Positions 6,650-16,890 of a stretch of 37,101 nucleotides of DNA are shown here, in pieces. Source of the stretch: Methanobacteriota archaeon (lineage in GTDB: Archaea > Thermoplasmatota > Poseidoniia > MGIII > CG-Epi1); NCBI GenBank assembly GCA_002687355.1, contig NYZZ01000018.1, positions 1 through 37,101 of the forward strand, written 5' to 3'. Each line of letters starts with the position of its first letter. Positions within the stretch are counted from its first letter, which is position 1. The notes below the pieces were generated by a model that was given only the letters and a program-made list of their open reading frames with translations, did no database searches and had not been told where the DNA came from. The position numbers and the translations under genes are program-made.

Positions 6650-9229
6650 GTGGGGGATTCCTTGTCCACGCCGATGATGAAGCAGTATTACTCCATCAAG
6701 CGCGAGCATCCCGACGCACTGTTGATGTTCCGCATGGGTGACTTCTACGAGACCTTCGGTGAAGACGCGCGCACCGTTTCACGCGAGCTGGACATTGTGC
6801 TCACTGCACGCGACAGGAAGTCGAAGAACCCGGTGCCGCTCGCCGGCATCCCCTACCACGCGCTTGACAGTTACCTGGCGAAATTGATTCGCCGCGGTTA
6901 CCGCGTCGCTATTTGTGATCAGCTGGAGGACCCCAAAGCGGCTCGTGGACTGGTGAAGCGCGGTGTGACTCGCGTCGTCAGCCCCGGTACCGTCGTCGAA
7001 GGCGCGCTGCTCGACGCGGGGCACAACTTCCTCGCCGCCGTGCTCGAGAGTGACGGCCGCTTCGGACTGGCGCTGCTTGACATCTCGACTGGCGACTTCC
7101 GCGCGGCGCAGTTCGCCCGCCGCAGCGGACTCGAGGCGGAGCTGGTGCGACACGCGCCGGCAGAGGTGCTGGTGGCTCCAGCTGAAGAGGCCGAAGACGG
7201 ACTGGCGGAGTGGCTACGTGCACATGGCTTTGCGGTCACCGAGGCGGAACTGGAAGGCTGGTTGCACCCTGTCGCGGCGAAGGCGCTTGAGAAGCGATTC
7301 GGCGCGCTGGAACTGAAACCGCTGGCAACGACCGCCGGCGGCGCGGTGCTCGAATACGCGGGCGCAACACAATTCTCCGAGCTGCAGCACCTGCGGCCAC
7401 CGATCGAGCTTGCTGCGAGCGAGCAGATGGTTCTCGATGCAGTGACACTGCGCAACCTCGAAGTCGTCAGGGCGGTCGGCGACGGTGGAGTGCGCGATTC
7501 ACTCTTCGGTCATCTCAACACAACGGTCACTGCAGGTGGCGGTCGCACGCTGCGTGAGTGGTTGCTACGACCTATCTGTACGCTCGAACCGCTGGCAGCT
7601 CGCCATAGTGCGGTGGGTGAGCTGGTCAACAAAACATTGCCACGGCGTGAAATCCGTGACATCCTCAAAGGTTTCCAGGACGTCGAGCGACTGCTGTCGC
7701 GGGTCGGCCATGGCTCAGCATCACCACGTGACCTGGCTGGACTCGGGCAGAGCCTCACTATCGTCGGCGAGCTACAGCAATTGCTACAGGAAGAGCCTCT
7801 CGAGGCGGAGCTGCTCGCCTCAACCACCAGTGAGATTGATCCGCACCCTGAAGTTTCGAAGCACCTGACGCAGGCACTGGTCGAGGAGCCCCCACTAGTC
7901 CTCCGCGACGGTGGCATCTTCCGCGCCGGCTTCTCCAACAAGCTAGACCAGCTGCGCGGGCAGGCAACGCAGGGGCGCGAGTGGGTCACTGCGCTACAGG
8001 CACAGGAGCGCAAGCAGACTGGCATCTCCAGATTGAAGGTAGGCTACAACCGAGTCTTCGGCTACTACCTTGAAATCCCGAAAAAAGACGCGAAGAAAGT
8101 GCCTGAAAGCTACCACCGCAAGCAAACCGTCGCGACCGGCGAACGCTACATCACTCCCGAGCTGAAGGAGCAGGAATCTGCTATCCTGCGCGCCGACGAG
8201 CGCGCCACTGCTCTGGAAAGCGAGCTGTTCCATGAGTTGCGCGACTGGGTGCTCAAACGGCTGCCATCGCTGCAGTCGACTGCACGTGCCGTCGGCCAGC
8301 TGGATGCACTGGCAGCACTGTCTGAGGTCGCTGAAACGCGCGACTACTGCCAGCCCGAAATGTCCGAGAAGGGTGCACTGCACGTCTCTGATGGTCGTCA
8401 CCCGGTTATCGAGCGGCTGCGCGAAGGCGAGTACATCCCCAACTCGCTGCACCTGGACGACACACAGCGGCAAGTGATGATTCTAACCGGCCCCAATATG
8501 GGCGGCAAGTCAACCTACATGCGTCAGACGGCACTCATCTGTCTGCTGGCGCAGGCTGGCTCGTGGGTCCCCGCAGCGTCGGCACGGCTGCCACTGGTCG
8601 ATCGTATCTTCACGCGTGTGGGAGCGCACGATGACCTGGTCCACGGCCACTCTACCTTCATGGTCGAGATGCTCGAGCTGGCCAACATCCTGCAGAACGC
8701 CACGCCACGGAGCTTGGTGCTGCTGGATGAAATTGGCCGCGGCACCTCCACCTATGATGGGCTCGCAATTGCGTGGGCTGTTGCGGAGCAGCTCCACGCC
8801 GGGCAGGGCGTCAAGACCATGTTCGCGACGCACTACCACCAGTTGACCGACCTGGCTCGGTTGCTAGAGCGCACCTTTAACTCACATATGCAAGCGCGTG
8901 AAGAAGGACACGAACTGCTGCTGCTCTATCGCGTCGCAGAGGGGGCAGCCGATGCGTCATTCGGCGTCCACGTGGCTCAGATGGCAGGAGTCCCGAAGGC
9001 GGTCACAGCACGTGCCAGAGAAGTGCTCGGGAAGCTGGAACAGGACGCGACCGTGGAAATTTCAGCCGCGGGCGGCCCGGTGCAGGCAGTCTTCGACTTG
9101 GCGCAGGCTGCTGCTACTGAACAGAAAGCAGACCCGCTACGCGACGAAATCCGTAAGCTGGACCTGATGAACCTGACACCGTTGCAGGCGCTCGAGAAAC
9201 TGCATGCCCTACAGCAGGAATTGCTCTAG
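6650..9229 (+). CDS. mutS: DNA mismatch repair protein MutS (MutS1)
   Basis: TPMMKQY, FRMGDFYE, TGPNMGGKSTY, STFMVEM, DEIGRG, ATHYH, TPLQAL. Confidence 0.97.
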   Translation: MGDSLSTPMMKQYYSIKREHPDALLMFRMGDFYETFGEDARTVSRELDIVLTARDRKSKNPVPLAGIPYHALDSYLAKLIRRGYRVAICDQLEDPKAARGLVKRGVTRVVSPGTVVEGALLDAGHNFLAAVLESDGRFGLALLDISTGDFRAAQFARRSGLEAELVRHAPAEVLVAPAEEAEDGLAEWLRAHGFAVTEAELEGWLHPVAAKALEKRFGALELKPLATTAGGAVLEYAGATQFSELQHLRPPIELAASEQMVLDAVTLRNLEVVRAVGDGGVRDSLFGHLNTTVTAGGGRTLREWLLRPICTLEPLAARHSAVGELVNKTLPRREIRDILKGFQDVERLLSRVGHGSASPRDLAGLGQSLTIVGELQQLLQEEPLEAELLASTTSEIDPHPEVSKHLTQALVEEPPLVLRDGGIFRAGFSNKLDQLRGQATQGREWVTALQAQERKQTGISRLKVGYNRVFGYYLEIPKKDAKKVPESYHRKQTVATGERYITPELKEQESAILRADERATALESELFHELRDWVLKRLPSLQSTARAVGQLDALAALSEVAETRDYCQPEMSEKGALHVSDGRHPVIERLREGEYIPNSLHLDDTQRQVMILTGPNMGGKSTYMRQTALICLLAQAGSWVPAASARLPLVDRIFTRVGAHDDLVHGHSTFMVEMLELANILQNATPRSLVLLDEIGRGTSTYDGLAIAWAVAEQLHAGQGVKTMFATHYHQLTDLARLLERTFNSHMQAREEGHELLLLYRVAEGAADASFGVHVAQMAGVPKAVTARAREVLGKLEQDATVEISAAGGPVQAVFDLAQAAATEQKADPLRDEIRKLDLMNLTPLQALEKLHALQQELL

Positions 9230-9927
9230 GCTATGTCGAGCAGATAGCTACGCTGCTTCTCATTGCCCTGCTCGTCAAATGCAGTGATGCGTACAGTATA
9301 GCTGCCCGAATCGAGCCCCTCGTCCAGCATGAAATACCAGCCGTATGCGGCTTCGATATCCCACTCATTGTCAGTTGCTAGAGGCTGCAATAACACATAT
9401 GTGCCTCCGGCGACCAGGACGCCTTCTGTACCTTCCTGCAGCGCCAATCGCGCTCCCGTAACTTCGCGGTTGTCGCGCAGATCAACGACAAAAAGTAGTT
9501 GCGTGCCGTCGGGAGGCGACATGGTCGTGTTCCAGTTGTCGCCATCGTCAACGTAGAAATCCAGTCCGCCAACACGCGGAGGCGCAATGTCACTGAAAGG
9601 AGGATTTGAGAGCAGGATGAAGAAGCCTAGCCAAGCGAATACTGAGGTAAGTATTGGACCTGCCCAGTTCTTGCGCTCGAAGCTGCTAGTGTCAATCACC
9701 AGCGGAAGCACCTTCACTATGGAAAAGCAGGCGGCGAAGCCGAATAGCAGCCCGTAGCGCGCCTGCTCTGTCGCAAGCGCAATCTGCCAGCTTGCTAGCC
9801 CCATCAGCAGCGCCCAGACTATGCTGAAAAGTCCGGCTTTCGAGTCACGCACCTCCTTCACGAGCCACTCACTGCGGTCGAACTCGGGAAACTCGAACGA
9901 CGGCTCCGACTTTTTCTTCTTTGCCAT
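9226..9927 (-). CDS. Hypothetical membrane protein (three TM helices plus C-terminal beta-rich domain)
   Basis: FEFPEFD, hydrophobic segments, NPPFSDIAPP. ATG at 9927 lies about 28 nt from a TATA-like element. Confidence 0.8.
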   Translation of the reverse strand: MAKKKKSEPSFEFPEFDRSEWLVKEVRDSKAGLFSIVWALLMGLASWQIALATEQARYGLLFGFAACFSIVKVLPLVIDTSSFERKNWAGPILTSVFAWLGFFILLSNPPFSDIAPPRVGGLDFYVDDGDNWNTTMSPPDGTQLLFVVDLRDNREVTGARLALQEGTEGVLVAGGTYVLLQPLATDNEWDIEAAYGWYFMLDEGLDSGSYTVRITAFDEQGNEKQRSYLLDIA

Positions 9928-9952
9928 AGCACCGCGCGTAGCGCAATAGCCT

Positions 9953-9961
9953 ACAAATAAA
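9953..9961. promoter_or_regulatory. AT-rich element probably serving both divergent genes as TATA box
   Basis: ACAAATAAA in GC-rich DNA, midway between starts at 9927 (-) and 9984 (+). Confidence 0.5.
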
Positions 9962-9983
9962 GCCCCCCGCTCGCGCGGCACCT

Positions 9984-12053
9984 GTGGCCCGACTCCCCGA
10001 TTTCAGGCAGCTCTCCGACAACGTGCGCTCTCTCGACCGCGCCAGAGCGGAGGCGTTTCTTCAAGCGCACTGGCGACTGCTGGTTTTCCTGTTGGTGCTG
10101 CTCCTGCTGGGCGGCTTCTCACCCTCTTCTGGATTTACAAAATTCGCACTGTTGGTCGCCGTTTGGGTCACCACACTGCGATGGGCACAGAATGAGGATA
10201 GACTGGAACCTCTTGGCCTCGATCTCATCTGGGGCCGCTCGTTCCTGATGTGGCGCACTGACCGCGGCAAGCGCTTCATCGAGCGTATGGCGCAGTACGG
10301 CACGATCTGGCGTCGCTTCGGCGATATGGGACTAGTGATGGTCTATGGAACTATGGTGACCATGCTGCTACTGCTGGTGTGGCAGGCGTTCCTGGTTTCC
10401 AGCGTCCCCAAGTCGGCCGCCGTCTCCCCAAAGCTGATGCTAGGTTTGCCAGGCATCAACCCGGTTATCCCTCTCGGCTACGGAGTTGCTGCACTCGCCA
10501 TCGCTGTTGTCGTTCACGAATTCTGCCACGGTATTCTGGCGCGTGTCGCGAAGGTAAAACTGAAGGCACTCGGTCTCCTGTTCTTCGCCGCACCAATCGG
10601 TGCTTTCGTCGAGCCAGACGAGGAAGAAATGATTGCGATGCGGCGAATTGACCGCATGCGACTTTACGCCGTCGGTCCCGCCTCCAATATCACGCTAGCG
10701 TTCCTGTTCGCGCTGCTCTTCTCGTGGGGCATGGTCGCGGCGCTCGAACCAGCTCACGATGGCGCGCTAACTGCCTCTGTCATGGGAGACTATGCTGCCG
10801 GAGAAGCAGGCATCGAGCCATGGATGCTGCTTACCTCGGTCAATGGTACCCCCATCGAGAGTGCCACTGACTTCGGGGAAGAGCTGAACAAGACCTGGGC
10901 GGGACAGAACGTCACTGTACAGGCGCTTGACAAGGGACAGCCACGCAGTTTCGATGTCACCCTAGATGACAAGGGCAGCTACTACCTGCAGTATTACCCA
11001 GATTACTACGAGCCGTGGATGTCGGGCAAGGGGTTCCTCGGCGTCGGCGTGACCGATCAGGCAGCCGTCACTGAAGGACTGGCGCATCCTGCGCAGGACG
11101 GCTGGAGCCTATTGCGCTACATCACGCTACCATTCCTGAAGCTGCAGCCGTTCCCCGAACACTTCACTGCACTCTTCGAGCCGAGTGGACTGCCCGGAGT
11201 CCTGCCGGACGGCCTGTTCTGGATGACGGCCAACCTGTTCTACTGGATTTTTTGGCTGAACCTGATGGTCGGCATGACCAACGCGCTTCCCGCCGTGCCA
11301 CTCGACGGCGGTTTCATCTTCGGCGACTCGGTCGCGGCGCTACTCGACCGGCTGAAGCGGCCGGCACTCTCGGCCGAACGCAAGGAGGAAATCACCGACC
11401 GTCTCGTCTCGGCGCTCGCAATTCTGGTAGTCGCACTGGTCGTGTGGCAGCTGGTCGGCCCGCGGGTGATTGGGACCGATGTAGTATTCCTGCAGGCACG
11501 GTTTGACTCTAGCGCAGAGGAAGGGTGGAATGGCGACAGTTTCGAGTTCGACGCGTCGAGCTCGGTCGGTGGATTCGTCGAATGGGAATGGGATTTCGGC
11601 GACGGAACCACCGCCAATGGCGAGCAGACAAGCCACGCATGGGATACCGGCAAAGCCTATTACGTCGTGCTGACCGCGAAGGACGCAGATGGTAGGCAGA
11701 GTCGTGCCTATCAGCCAATAGTCATCGACCAGCGCTCCGAGAGGAACGACGATGTGGACGCGCTTGACAGCGCCACCGAGGCCATCACCACCAACCCCTA
11801 CAATGACGAGGTACGGGTCGAGATTTCCATCACCGGCGACAACCTGATTTTATCAAGCAGCGTTACCATCACGTTCTCTTCTCCCGAGGGGGAGATACAG
11901 CAGCAATCCATCACCGTCGGCTCCGGTAGTACGCAAGTGCTGGACTGGACCGCCCCGGGCGAGGTAGGTGACTGGGCCATCGAACTGGAGTCAGAGGATT
12001 TCGAGTTTAGCTACGTAGTGGCGTGGGAACTGGATTACCGGCTCTCTGCTTAA
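9984..12053 (+). CDS. Site-2 protease (peptidase M50) with PDZ and C-terminal PKD domains
   Basis: [23 protein letters not shown]; PDZ-like segment [14 protein letters not shown]; PKD motif WEWDFGDG. Confidence 0.92.
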   Translation: MARLPDFRQLSDNVRSLDRARAEAFLQAHWRLLVFLLVLLLLGGFSPSSGFTKFALLVAVWVTTLRWAQNEDRLEPLGLDLIWGRSFLMWRTDRGKRFIERMAQYGTIWRRFGDMGLVMVYGTMVTMLLLLVWQAFLVSSVPKSAAVSPKLMLGLPGINPVIPLGYGVAALAIAVVVHEFCHGILARVAKVKLKALGLLFFAAPIGAFVEPDEEEMIAMRRIDRMRLYAVGPASNITLAFLFALLFSWGMVAALEPAHDGALTASVMGDYAAGEAGIEPWMLLTSVNGTPIESATDFGEELNKTWAGQNVTVQALDKGQPRSFDVTLDDKGSYYLQYYPDYYEPWMSGKGFLGVGVTDQAAVTEGLAHPAQDGWSLLRYITLPFLKLQPFPEHFTALFEPSGLPGVLPDGLFWMTANLFYWIFWLNLMVGMTNALPAVPLDGGFIFGDSVAALLDRLKRPALSAERKEEITDRLVSALAILVVALVVWQLVGPRVIGTDVVFLQARFDSSAEEGWNGDSFEFDASSSVGGFVEWEWDFGDGTTANGEQTSHAWDTGKAYYVVLTAKDADGRQSRAYQPIVIDQRSERNDDVDALDSATEAITTNPYNDEVRVEISITGDNLILSSSVTITFSSPEGEIQQQSITVGSGSTQVLDWTAPGEVGDWAIELESEDFEFSYVVAWELDYRLSA

Positions 12054-12080
12054 TAATTGCATTCATCGCACTCATAACTA

Positions 12081-12088
12081 ATATTAAG
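12081..12088 (+). promoter_or_regulatory. TATA-like box of the hppD2-hmgA unit
   Basis: ATATTAAG about 30 nt before ATG 12116. Confidence 0.55.
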
Positions 12089-12115
12089 GACCCCTTGAGG
12101 CCTGACACAAACCCG

Positions 12116-13204
12116 ATGAGCAAAGACCCGATTCCGCTGAAAGCCATCCACCACGTCGAGCTGTGGGTCGGCAACGCCAAGCAGGCCGCCTACTACTATC
12201 GCCAGGCGTTCGGTTTCTCACAAATCGCCTACGCTGGCCTGGAGACCGGTATGCGCGACCGCGCCAGCTATGTGCTAGAGCAGGGGCGTGTGAGGCTAGT
12301 ACTCTCCACCCCACTCAGCGGTGACAACGGTATGTCTTCACACCTTATGCAACACGGGGATGGCGTACACGACATTGCGTTTCACGTTGATGACGCCGAT
12401 GCTTGCTTCACTGCTGCGGTTGAACGTGGTGCGAAAGTAGCTAGCAAACCGCAGACGCTCAACGATGCAAACGGTTCGGTGCGGCATGCCGCTATACACA
12501 CTTACGGTGACACGCTACACTCGTTCATCTCACACGATGACTACGACGGTCCCTTCCTGCCAGGCTACCACGCTGCACCGGTTGCGGGCGATTCTGTGGG
12601 GCTGCGTTTCGTGGACCATATCGTCGGCAACGTCGAGCTGGGAAAGATGGATGTGTGGGCCGGTTTCTACGCCAACGTCCTCGGCTTCAGCCAGCTACAG
12701 CACTTTAGCGACAAGGATATCTCGACCGAATACAGCGCACTGATGTCCAAGGTAATGGAATCAGATAACGGGCGCATCAAGTTCCCTCTCAACGAACCTG
12801 CCGAAGGGCGACGGAAGTCACAGATTGAGGAATACCTCGATTTCTACGACGGGGCAGGCGTGCAGCACGTCGCGCTACTGACCGATGATATCATCAAGGC
12901 TATCACCAACCTGCGCGCCAATGGTGTCGAGTTTCTGGAAGTGCCTGACACCTATTACGATGACCTACAGGAACGGGTCGGCGTGATTGATGAGGACATG
13001 GAAGCCATTCGCAAGCTGCGCATACTTGTTGACAGGGATGACGAAGGCTACCTGCTGCAACTCTTCACTAAGCCGGTCGAGGACCGGCCAACCCTCTTCT
13101 ACGAGATTATTCAGCGCAAGGGCTCGCGTGGCTTCGGCCAAGGCAACTTCAAGGCGCTGTTCGAGGCGATTGAACGGCATCAGGCCGAGCGGGGAAACCT
13201 CTGA
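12116..13204 (+). CDS. hppD: 4-hydroxyphenylpyruvate dioxygenase, copy 2
   Basis: Same motifs as copy 1 ([33 protein letters not shown]). Start set at ATG 12116 by comparison with copy 1. Confidence 0.96.
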   Translation: MSKDPIPLKAIHHVELWVGNAKQAAYYYRQAFGFSQIAYAGLETGMRDRASYVLEQGRVRLVLSTPLSGDNGMSSHLMQHGDGVHDIAFHVDDADACFTAAVERGAKVASKPQTLNDANGSVRHAAIHTYGDTLHSFISHDDYDGPFLPGYHAAPVAGDSVGLRFVDHIVGNVELGKMDVWAGFYANVLGFSQLQHFSDKDISTEYSALMSKVMESDNGRIKFPLNEPAEGRRKSQIEEYLDFYDGAGVQHVALLTDDIIKAITNLRANGVEFLEVPDTYYDDLQERVGVIDEDMEAIRKLRILVDRDDEGYLLQLFTKPVEDRPTLFYEIIQRKGSRGFGQGNFKALFEAIERHQAERGNL

Positions 13205-14391
13205 TGCACCGCTACCACTGGCTGGGTGAACTGCCGAAGAAACGACACATGGCACTGCGCAAGCCTGATGGCGGTGTCTACTATGAAGAGCTCAAGGGCA
13301 ACAAGGGGTTCGACGGACCCTCCTCGCTGCTCTACCACCTTCACCGTCCCACGGCAGTAGTTGGGACCAAGCTGCTGCGCGAAGTCAAGCTGGAAGAGGA
13401 TCCAGACCGGCAACTACGCATGCGCCACTTCTTCACTGATAAACTGTCGCGCGGCGGCAGCCCCACTATGGATAGGGTGCCGATGCTATTCAACAACGAC
13501 GTCGTGCTCTGGATGGCGTTCCCCGATAAGGAAGACGATTTCTACTACCGCAACGCCCAGGGCGACGAAATCGTCTATGTCAGCGACGGGAGTGGCACGC
13601 TCGAGACGGCCTTCGGGGAATTGGCCTATACTCAAGGTGACTACCTCGTTATTCCACGTGGCATCCTGCATCGCTACCGCCTCGGCAAGGACAAGCAACG
13701 ATTCTTCATCACCGAATCAAAGGGTGAGGTGCGCACGCCAAAGCGCTACAGGAACGAATACGGTCAGCTAATCGAGCGCTCCCCCTTCAGCGAGCGTGAC
13801 TGGCGCGTGCCGGAAAACCTGCAGACCGTTGATAAACAGGAGCCGTCCGTCATCATTGTCAAACAGCACGACCTGCTTACCGAAGTCACGCTAAACCACC
13901 ACCCCTGCGACGTCGTCGGTTGGGACGGCTACTACTACCCGTATGCTTTCAGTATCCACGACTTCGAGCCGATTGTTGGCCGCTATCACGAGCCGCCGCC
14001 AGTCCACCAAACCTTCGAAGGCGATAATTTCGTAATCTGCAGCTTCTGCCCACGGCCGTACGATTTCGGCGAGGACGCTGTGCCTGCACCGTATAACCAC
14101 GCCAACATCATGTCTGACGAAGTCATCTACTACGCTAAGTCAGAGTTCATGTCGCGCAAGGGCATCGAATACGGCTCGATTACACTCCATCCCGACGGTA
14201 TAACTCATGGACCTCACCCCGGCCGCTACGAGGCGAGCATCGGCGCTGAAGCAACAGACGAGCTGGCGGTGATGGTCGATACCTACTACCCACTCAAAGT
14301 TGCCAAACAAGCTCTCGATATCGAGGACGGCGACTATAGTCGTTCCTGGCTTGAGAGCGGAGAGGGCTTCGAGGACGCGCTGGGCACCTAG
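13204..14391 (+). CDS. hmgA: Homogentisate 1,2-dioxygenase
   Basis: YRNAQGDE, IPRG, DVVGWDG, PPPVHQTF, PYNHANIMSDE, HGPHPG, ELAVMVDT; TGATG coupling to hppD. Confidence 0.95.
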   Translation: MHRYHWLGELPKKRHMALRKPDGGVYYEELKGNKGFDGPSSLLYHLHRPTAVVGTKLLREVKLEEDPDRQLRMRHFFTDKLSRGGSPTMDRVPMLFNNDVVLWMAFPDKEDDFYYRNAQGDEIVYVSDGSGTLETAFGELAYTQGDYLVIPRGILHRYRLGKDKQRFFITESKGEVRTPKRYRNEYGQLIERSPFSERDWRVPENLQTVDKQEPSVIIVKQHDLLTEVTLNHHPCDVVGWDGYYYPYAFSIHDFEPIVGRYHEPPPVHQTFEGDNFVICSFCPRPYDFGEDAVPAPYNHANIMSDEVIYYAKSEFMSRKGIEYGSITLHPDGITHGPHPGRYEASIGAEATDELAVMVDTYYPLKVAKQALDIEDGDYSRSWLESGEGFEDALGT

Positions 14392-14401
14392 AGACCTATA
14401 G

Positions 14402-15199
14402 ATGGACGACGAACAAGCCGTTATTTTGCTCCTCTCGGCAATCATGTTCGTGGGGGCATTGGCGTTTGGTTACGTACCACTCGGCCTGCATTTTTCCCAC
14501 AAACGTCTGGAGCAGTTCATGGCAATTAGTGCGGGAGTGCTAATCGGTTCCGCCTTCCTGATTATAATTCCTGAAGGGCTGGAAATTACCTTGGGTGAAC
14601 ATGAGGAGGGGCTAGAGCATGAGGAGGGCCTGGAGCCACTTCTGCTTGGCGGCACTATCCTAGCAGGCTTCACACTAATGCTACTGTTCGAGTTCTTCGG
14701 ACTTCCACATGCGGTCCACCATGAGGCAGATCGGGAATTACTGAGTCTGTCTGCCACAATCGGACTTGTAATCCATTCGGCCGTGGATGGATTAGCACTT
14801 GGCGCTTCGGTCACCAGCGGCACCGAGATTGGACTGATTGTTTTTGCTGCTATTATGCTCCACAAGGGGCCAACCGCTTTCGGCCTCTCTTCATTTCTGG
14901 CACACAACAAGACCGAAAAAACACGGTCGCAACTCTATCTGTTGCTCTTTGCACTTACGTCGCCGATTGCAGCCATCCTTGCGTTCTATACTTTGCGCGA
15001 CAGTGCGCTGGCTAGTGACGTGAATGTCGGGCTGGCACTGCTCTTCTCAGCTGGTACCTTCCTCTATGTTGCGACTGTTGATGTCTTGCCCGAAGTGCAC
15101 AGCCACGAACACAATGATGAATCACCTACCGGTTTCGTCGTGCTCGGGATGCTGCTGGTGCTGTTAATCGCCCTGCTAGGCCCCGGCCACGGCCACTAG
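14402..15199 (+). CDS. ZIP family metal transporter (ZIP9-like)
   Basis: IIIPEG, GLVIHSAVDGLALG, AIMLHKGP, FSAGTFLYVA; His-rich loops. Confidence 0.93.
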   Translation: MDDEQAVILLLSAIMFVGALAFGYVPLGLHFSHKRLEQFMAISAGVLIGSAFLIIIPEGLEITLGEHEEGLEHEEGLEPLLLGGTILAGFTLMLLFEFFGLPHAVHHEADRELLSLSATIGLVIHSAVDGLALGASVTSGTEIGLIVFAAIMLHKGPTAFGLSSFLAHNKTEKTRSQLYLLLFALTSPIAAILAFYTLRDSALASDVNVGLALLFSAGTFLYVATVDVLPEVHSHEHNDESPTGFVVLGMLLVLLIALLGPGHGH

Positions 15200-15205
15200 G
15201 TTCCA

Positions 15206-16024
15206 ATGCCGCCTGCCTTCATCTACGGTACCGCCTGGAAAGAGCAGCACACTGCTGGACTAGTTGAACTGGCGCTCAAGCAAGGATTTCGTGGTATTGA
15301 TACTGCCAACCAACGCAGGCACTACTTCGAAGCGGCGGCGGGCGAGGCGATTGCGCGAGAGATTGCGGCCGGCACAGTCACCCGCGAGGAACTGTTCCTG
15401 CAAACCAAGTTCACCCACCGACCGGGGCAGGACCAGCGCCTGCCTTACGACCCGAGGGCACCCGTTAGTGAACAAGTGCGGCAGTCCTGTGCCAGCTCGT
15501 TCGAGCACCTGCACACCGACTACCTAGATTCGTACCTGCTGCACGGACCCAGCCAGAGGCCAGGGCTGGCGGAACAGGACTGGGAAGCATGGTCAGCGAT
15601 AGAGGCGCTGCACGCTGATGGCAAGGTGCGAGCGGTGGGAGTAAGCAATGTCGACTACACGCAGCTGGAATTGCTGCTCAGCCGTGCCAACGTTAAGCCA
15701 CAATTCGTCCAGAATCGTTGCTTCGCTGTAAGAGGCTGGGACTTACAGGTAAGACAAGTCTGTCAAAATCATGGCATCACCTATCAGGGGTTCAGCCTGC
15801 TGACTGCCAACCAGGAAATATGGCACAGCCGCCGTGTTGCCGAGATTGGGAACGTTCACAACCTTTCCGCGGCCCAAATTATCTTCTGTCTGGCAATGGA
15901 TCTAGGCATCCTGCCACTGACAGGGACCTCAAACGCAAGTCACATGGCGGACGACCTAGTCTGCAAGCCGGGAATTCTAACGTCCGCGGAAGTCCGGGAA
16001 CTGGCCCCCGATGTCGTTGAATGA
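15206..16024 (+). CDS. Aldo/keto reductase
   Basis: YGTAWK, GFRGIDTA, FLQTKF, YLDSYLLH, GVSN; D/Y/K/H tetrad recognisable. Confidence 0.92.
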   Translation: MPPAFIYGTAWKEQHTAGLVELALKQGFRGIDTANQRRHYFEAAAGEAIAREIAAGTVTREELFLQTKFTHRPGQDQRLPYDPRAPVSEQVRQSCASSFEHLHTDYLDSYLLHGPSQRPGLAEQDWEAWSAIEALHADGKVRAVGVSNVDYTQLELLLSRANVKPQFVQNRCFAVRGWDLQVRQVCQNHGITYQGFSLLTANQEIWHSRRVAEIGNVHNLSAAQIIFCLAMDLGILPLTGTSNASHMADDLVCKPGILTSAEVRELAPDVVE

Positions 16025-16026
16025 TG

Positions 16027-16782
16027 TCATAATACCATTTTACCGAACAAGATGGCAATCGCGATAAGGATTACACCTCCAAGAAATTTCTGCATTGTGC
16101 GCGGTTCGTACTTGTTCGCACCTAGAGAGGAGCCTGCGGCGCCGCCGACAAGGACCGCCAGTGCCAAGGGGAGAATTGTGACAGGATCCGGGAAATTTCC
16201 TACCCGGGCAGCGAGTCCGGCACAGGAATTCAGCCAGATGAATATTGCCCCTGTAGCGGCAGCCTCCTTCTCGGTTCCCAGTCCCAGGATAATAATCAAA
16301 GGTACCAGATAGATTCCGCCGCCGATTCCCACGGCACCAGCAACAAAGCCGAGGATGCCACCAATCAGAAGCGATACAGCTAATTTTCCCGAAGAAGTGA
16401 GATTTAAGCGTAATTCCGGTCTGTCCCACACGTAAACGCGGAGCGCGACGAGGACCAGCGTTGCCATAAGCAAGAGAAAAAAGATATCTTTCTGAAAATG
16501 CAGTGAGCCCCCAACATATGCCATCGGTATGGAAGTTATTAGAAATGGGGACAGTAACCTGATTCGGCCGTGGCCGCCACGCAGAAAATTAATTGAGGCA
16601 ATGCTCGTTACAATCAGATTCAGAATTAGTGAAATAGTTGGAATTAACAGGTAATGCACTCCAATAATTGCCATCAGCGCCGTGTAGGATGAGCCACCGC
16701 CAAGTCCCACGGATGAATATAGGAAAGCAACTATGCAGAAGGCTAAAGCCAAAAAATACAGATTCGGGATTAATTCGTCCAT
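16027..16782 (-). CDS. TauE/SafE (TSUP) family permease
   Basis: Internal repeat SSVGLGGG / GAVGIGGG; multiple TM helices. Confidence 0.9.
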   Translation of the reverse strand: MDELIPNLYFLALAFCIVAFLYSSVGLGGGSSYTALMAIIGVHYLLIPTISLILNLIVTSIASINFLRGGHGRIRLLSPFLITSIPMAYVGGSLHFQKDIFFLLLMATLVLVALRVYVWDRPELRLNLTSSGKLAVSLLIGGILGFVAGAVGIGGGIYLVPLIIILGLGTEKEAAATGAIFIWLNSCAGLAARVGNFPDPVTILPLALAVLVGGAAGSSLGANKYEPRTMQKFLGGVILIAIAILFGKMVL

Positions 16783-16890
16783 TTATTGTTTTCACCTTGC
16801 AAAACGGAGACTGGGTAAAAGATAACGGGCATTAACTCTTCAAGGTTGAACACCTGAAAGCCTAATACCGCCTGTCTGAAGTCAGCGCCG

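Noticed and set aside
6779-8839. Many 60-190 aa antisense or off-frame ORFs inside long genes, here and throughout
   Set aside because: Expected shadows of GC-rich coding sequence; none has a recognisable motif.
6650-9229. mutS without adjacent mutL, and purS-purL without purQ
   Set aside because: These partners are often encoded elsewhere; absence from one window is uninformative.
12023-12115. Upstream extensions in the ORF track (also 9928-9981, 31520-31558, 33286-33330, 34250-34363)
   Set aside because: They overlap neighbouring genes or TATA boxes; downstream ATGs fit family N-termini and promoter spacing.
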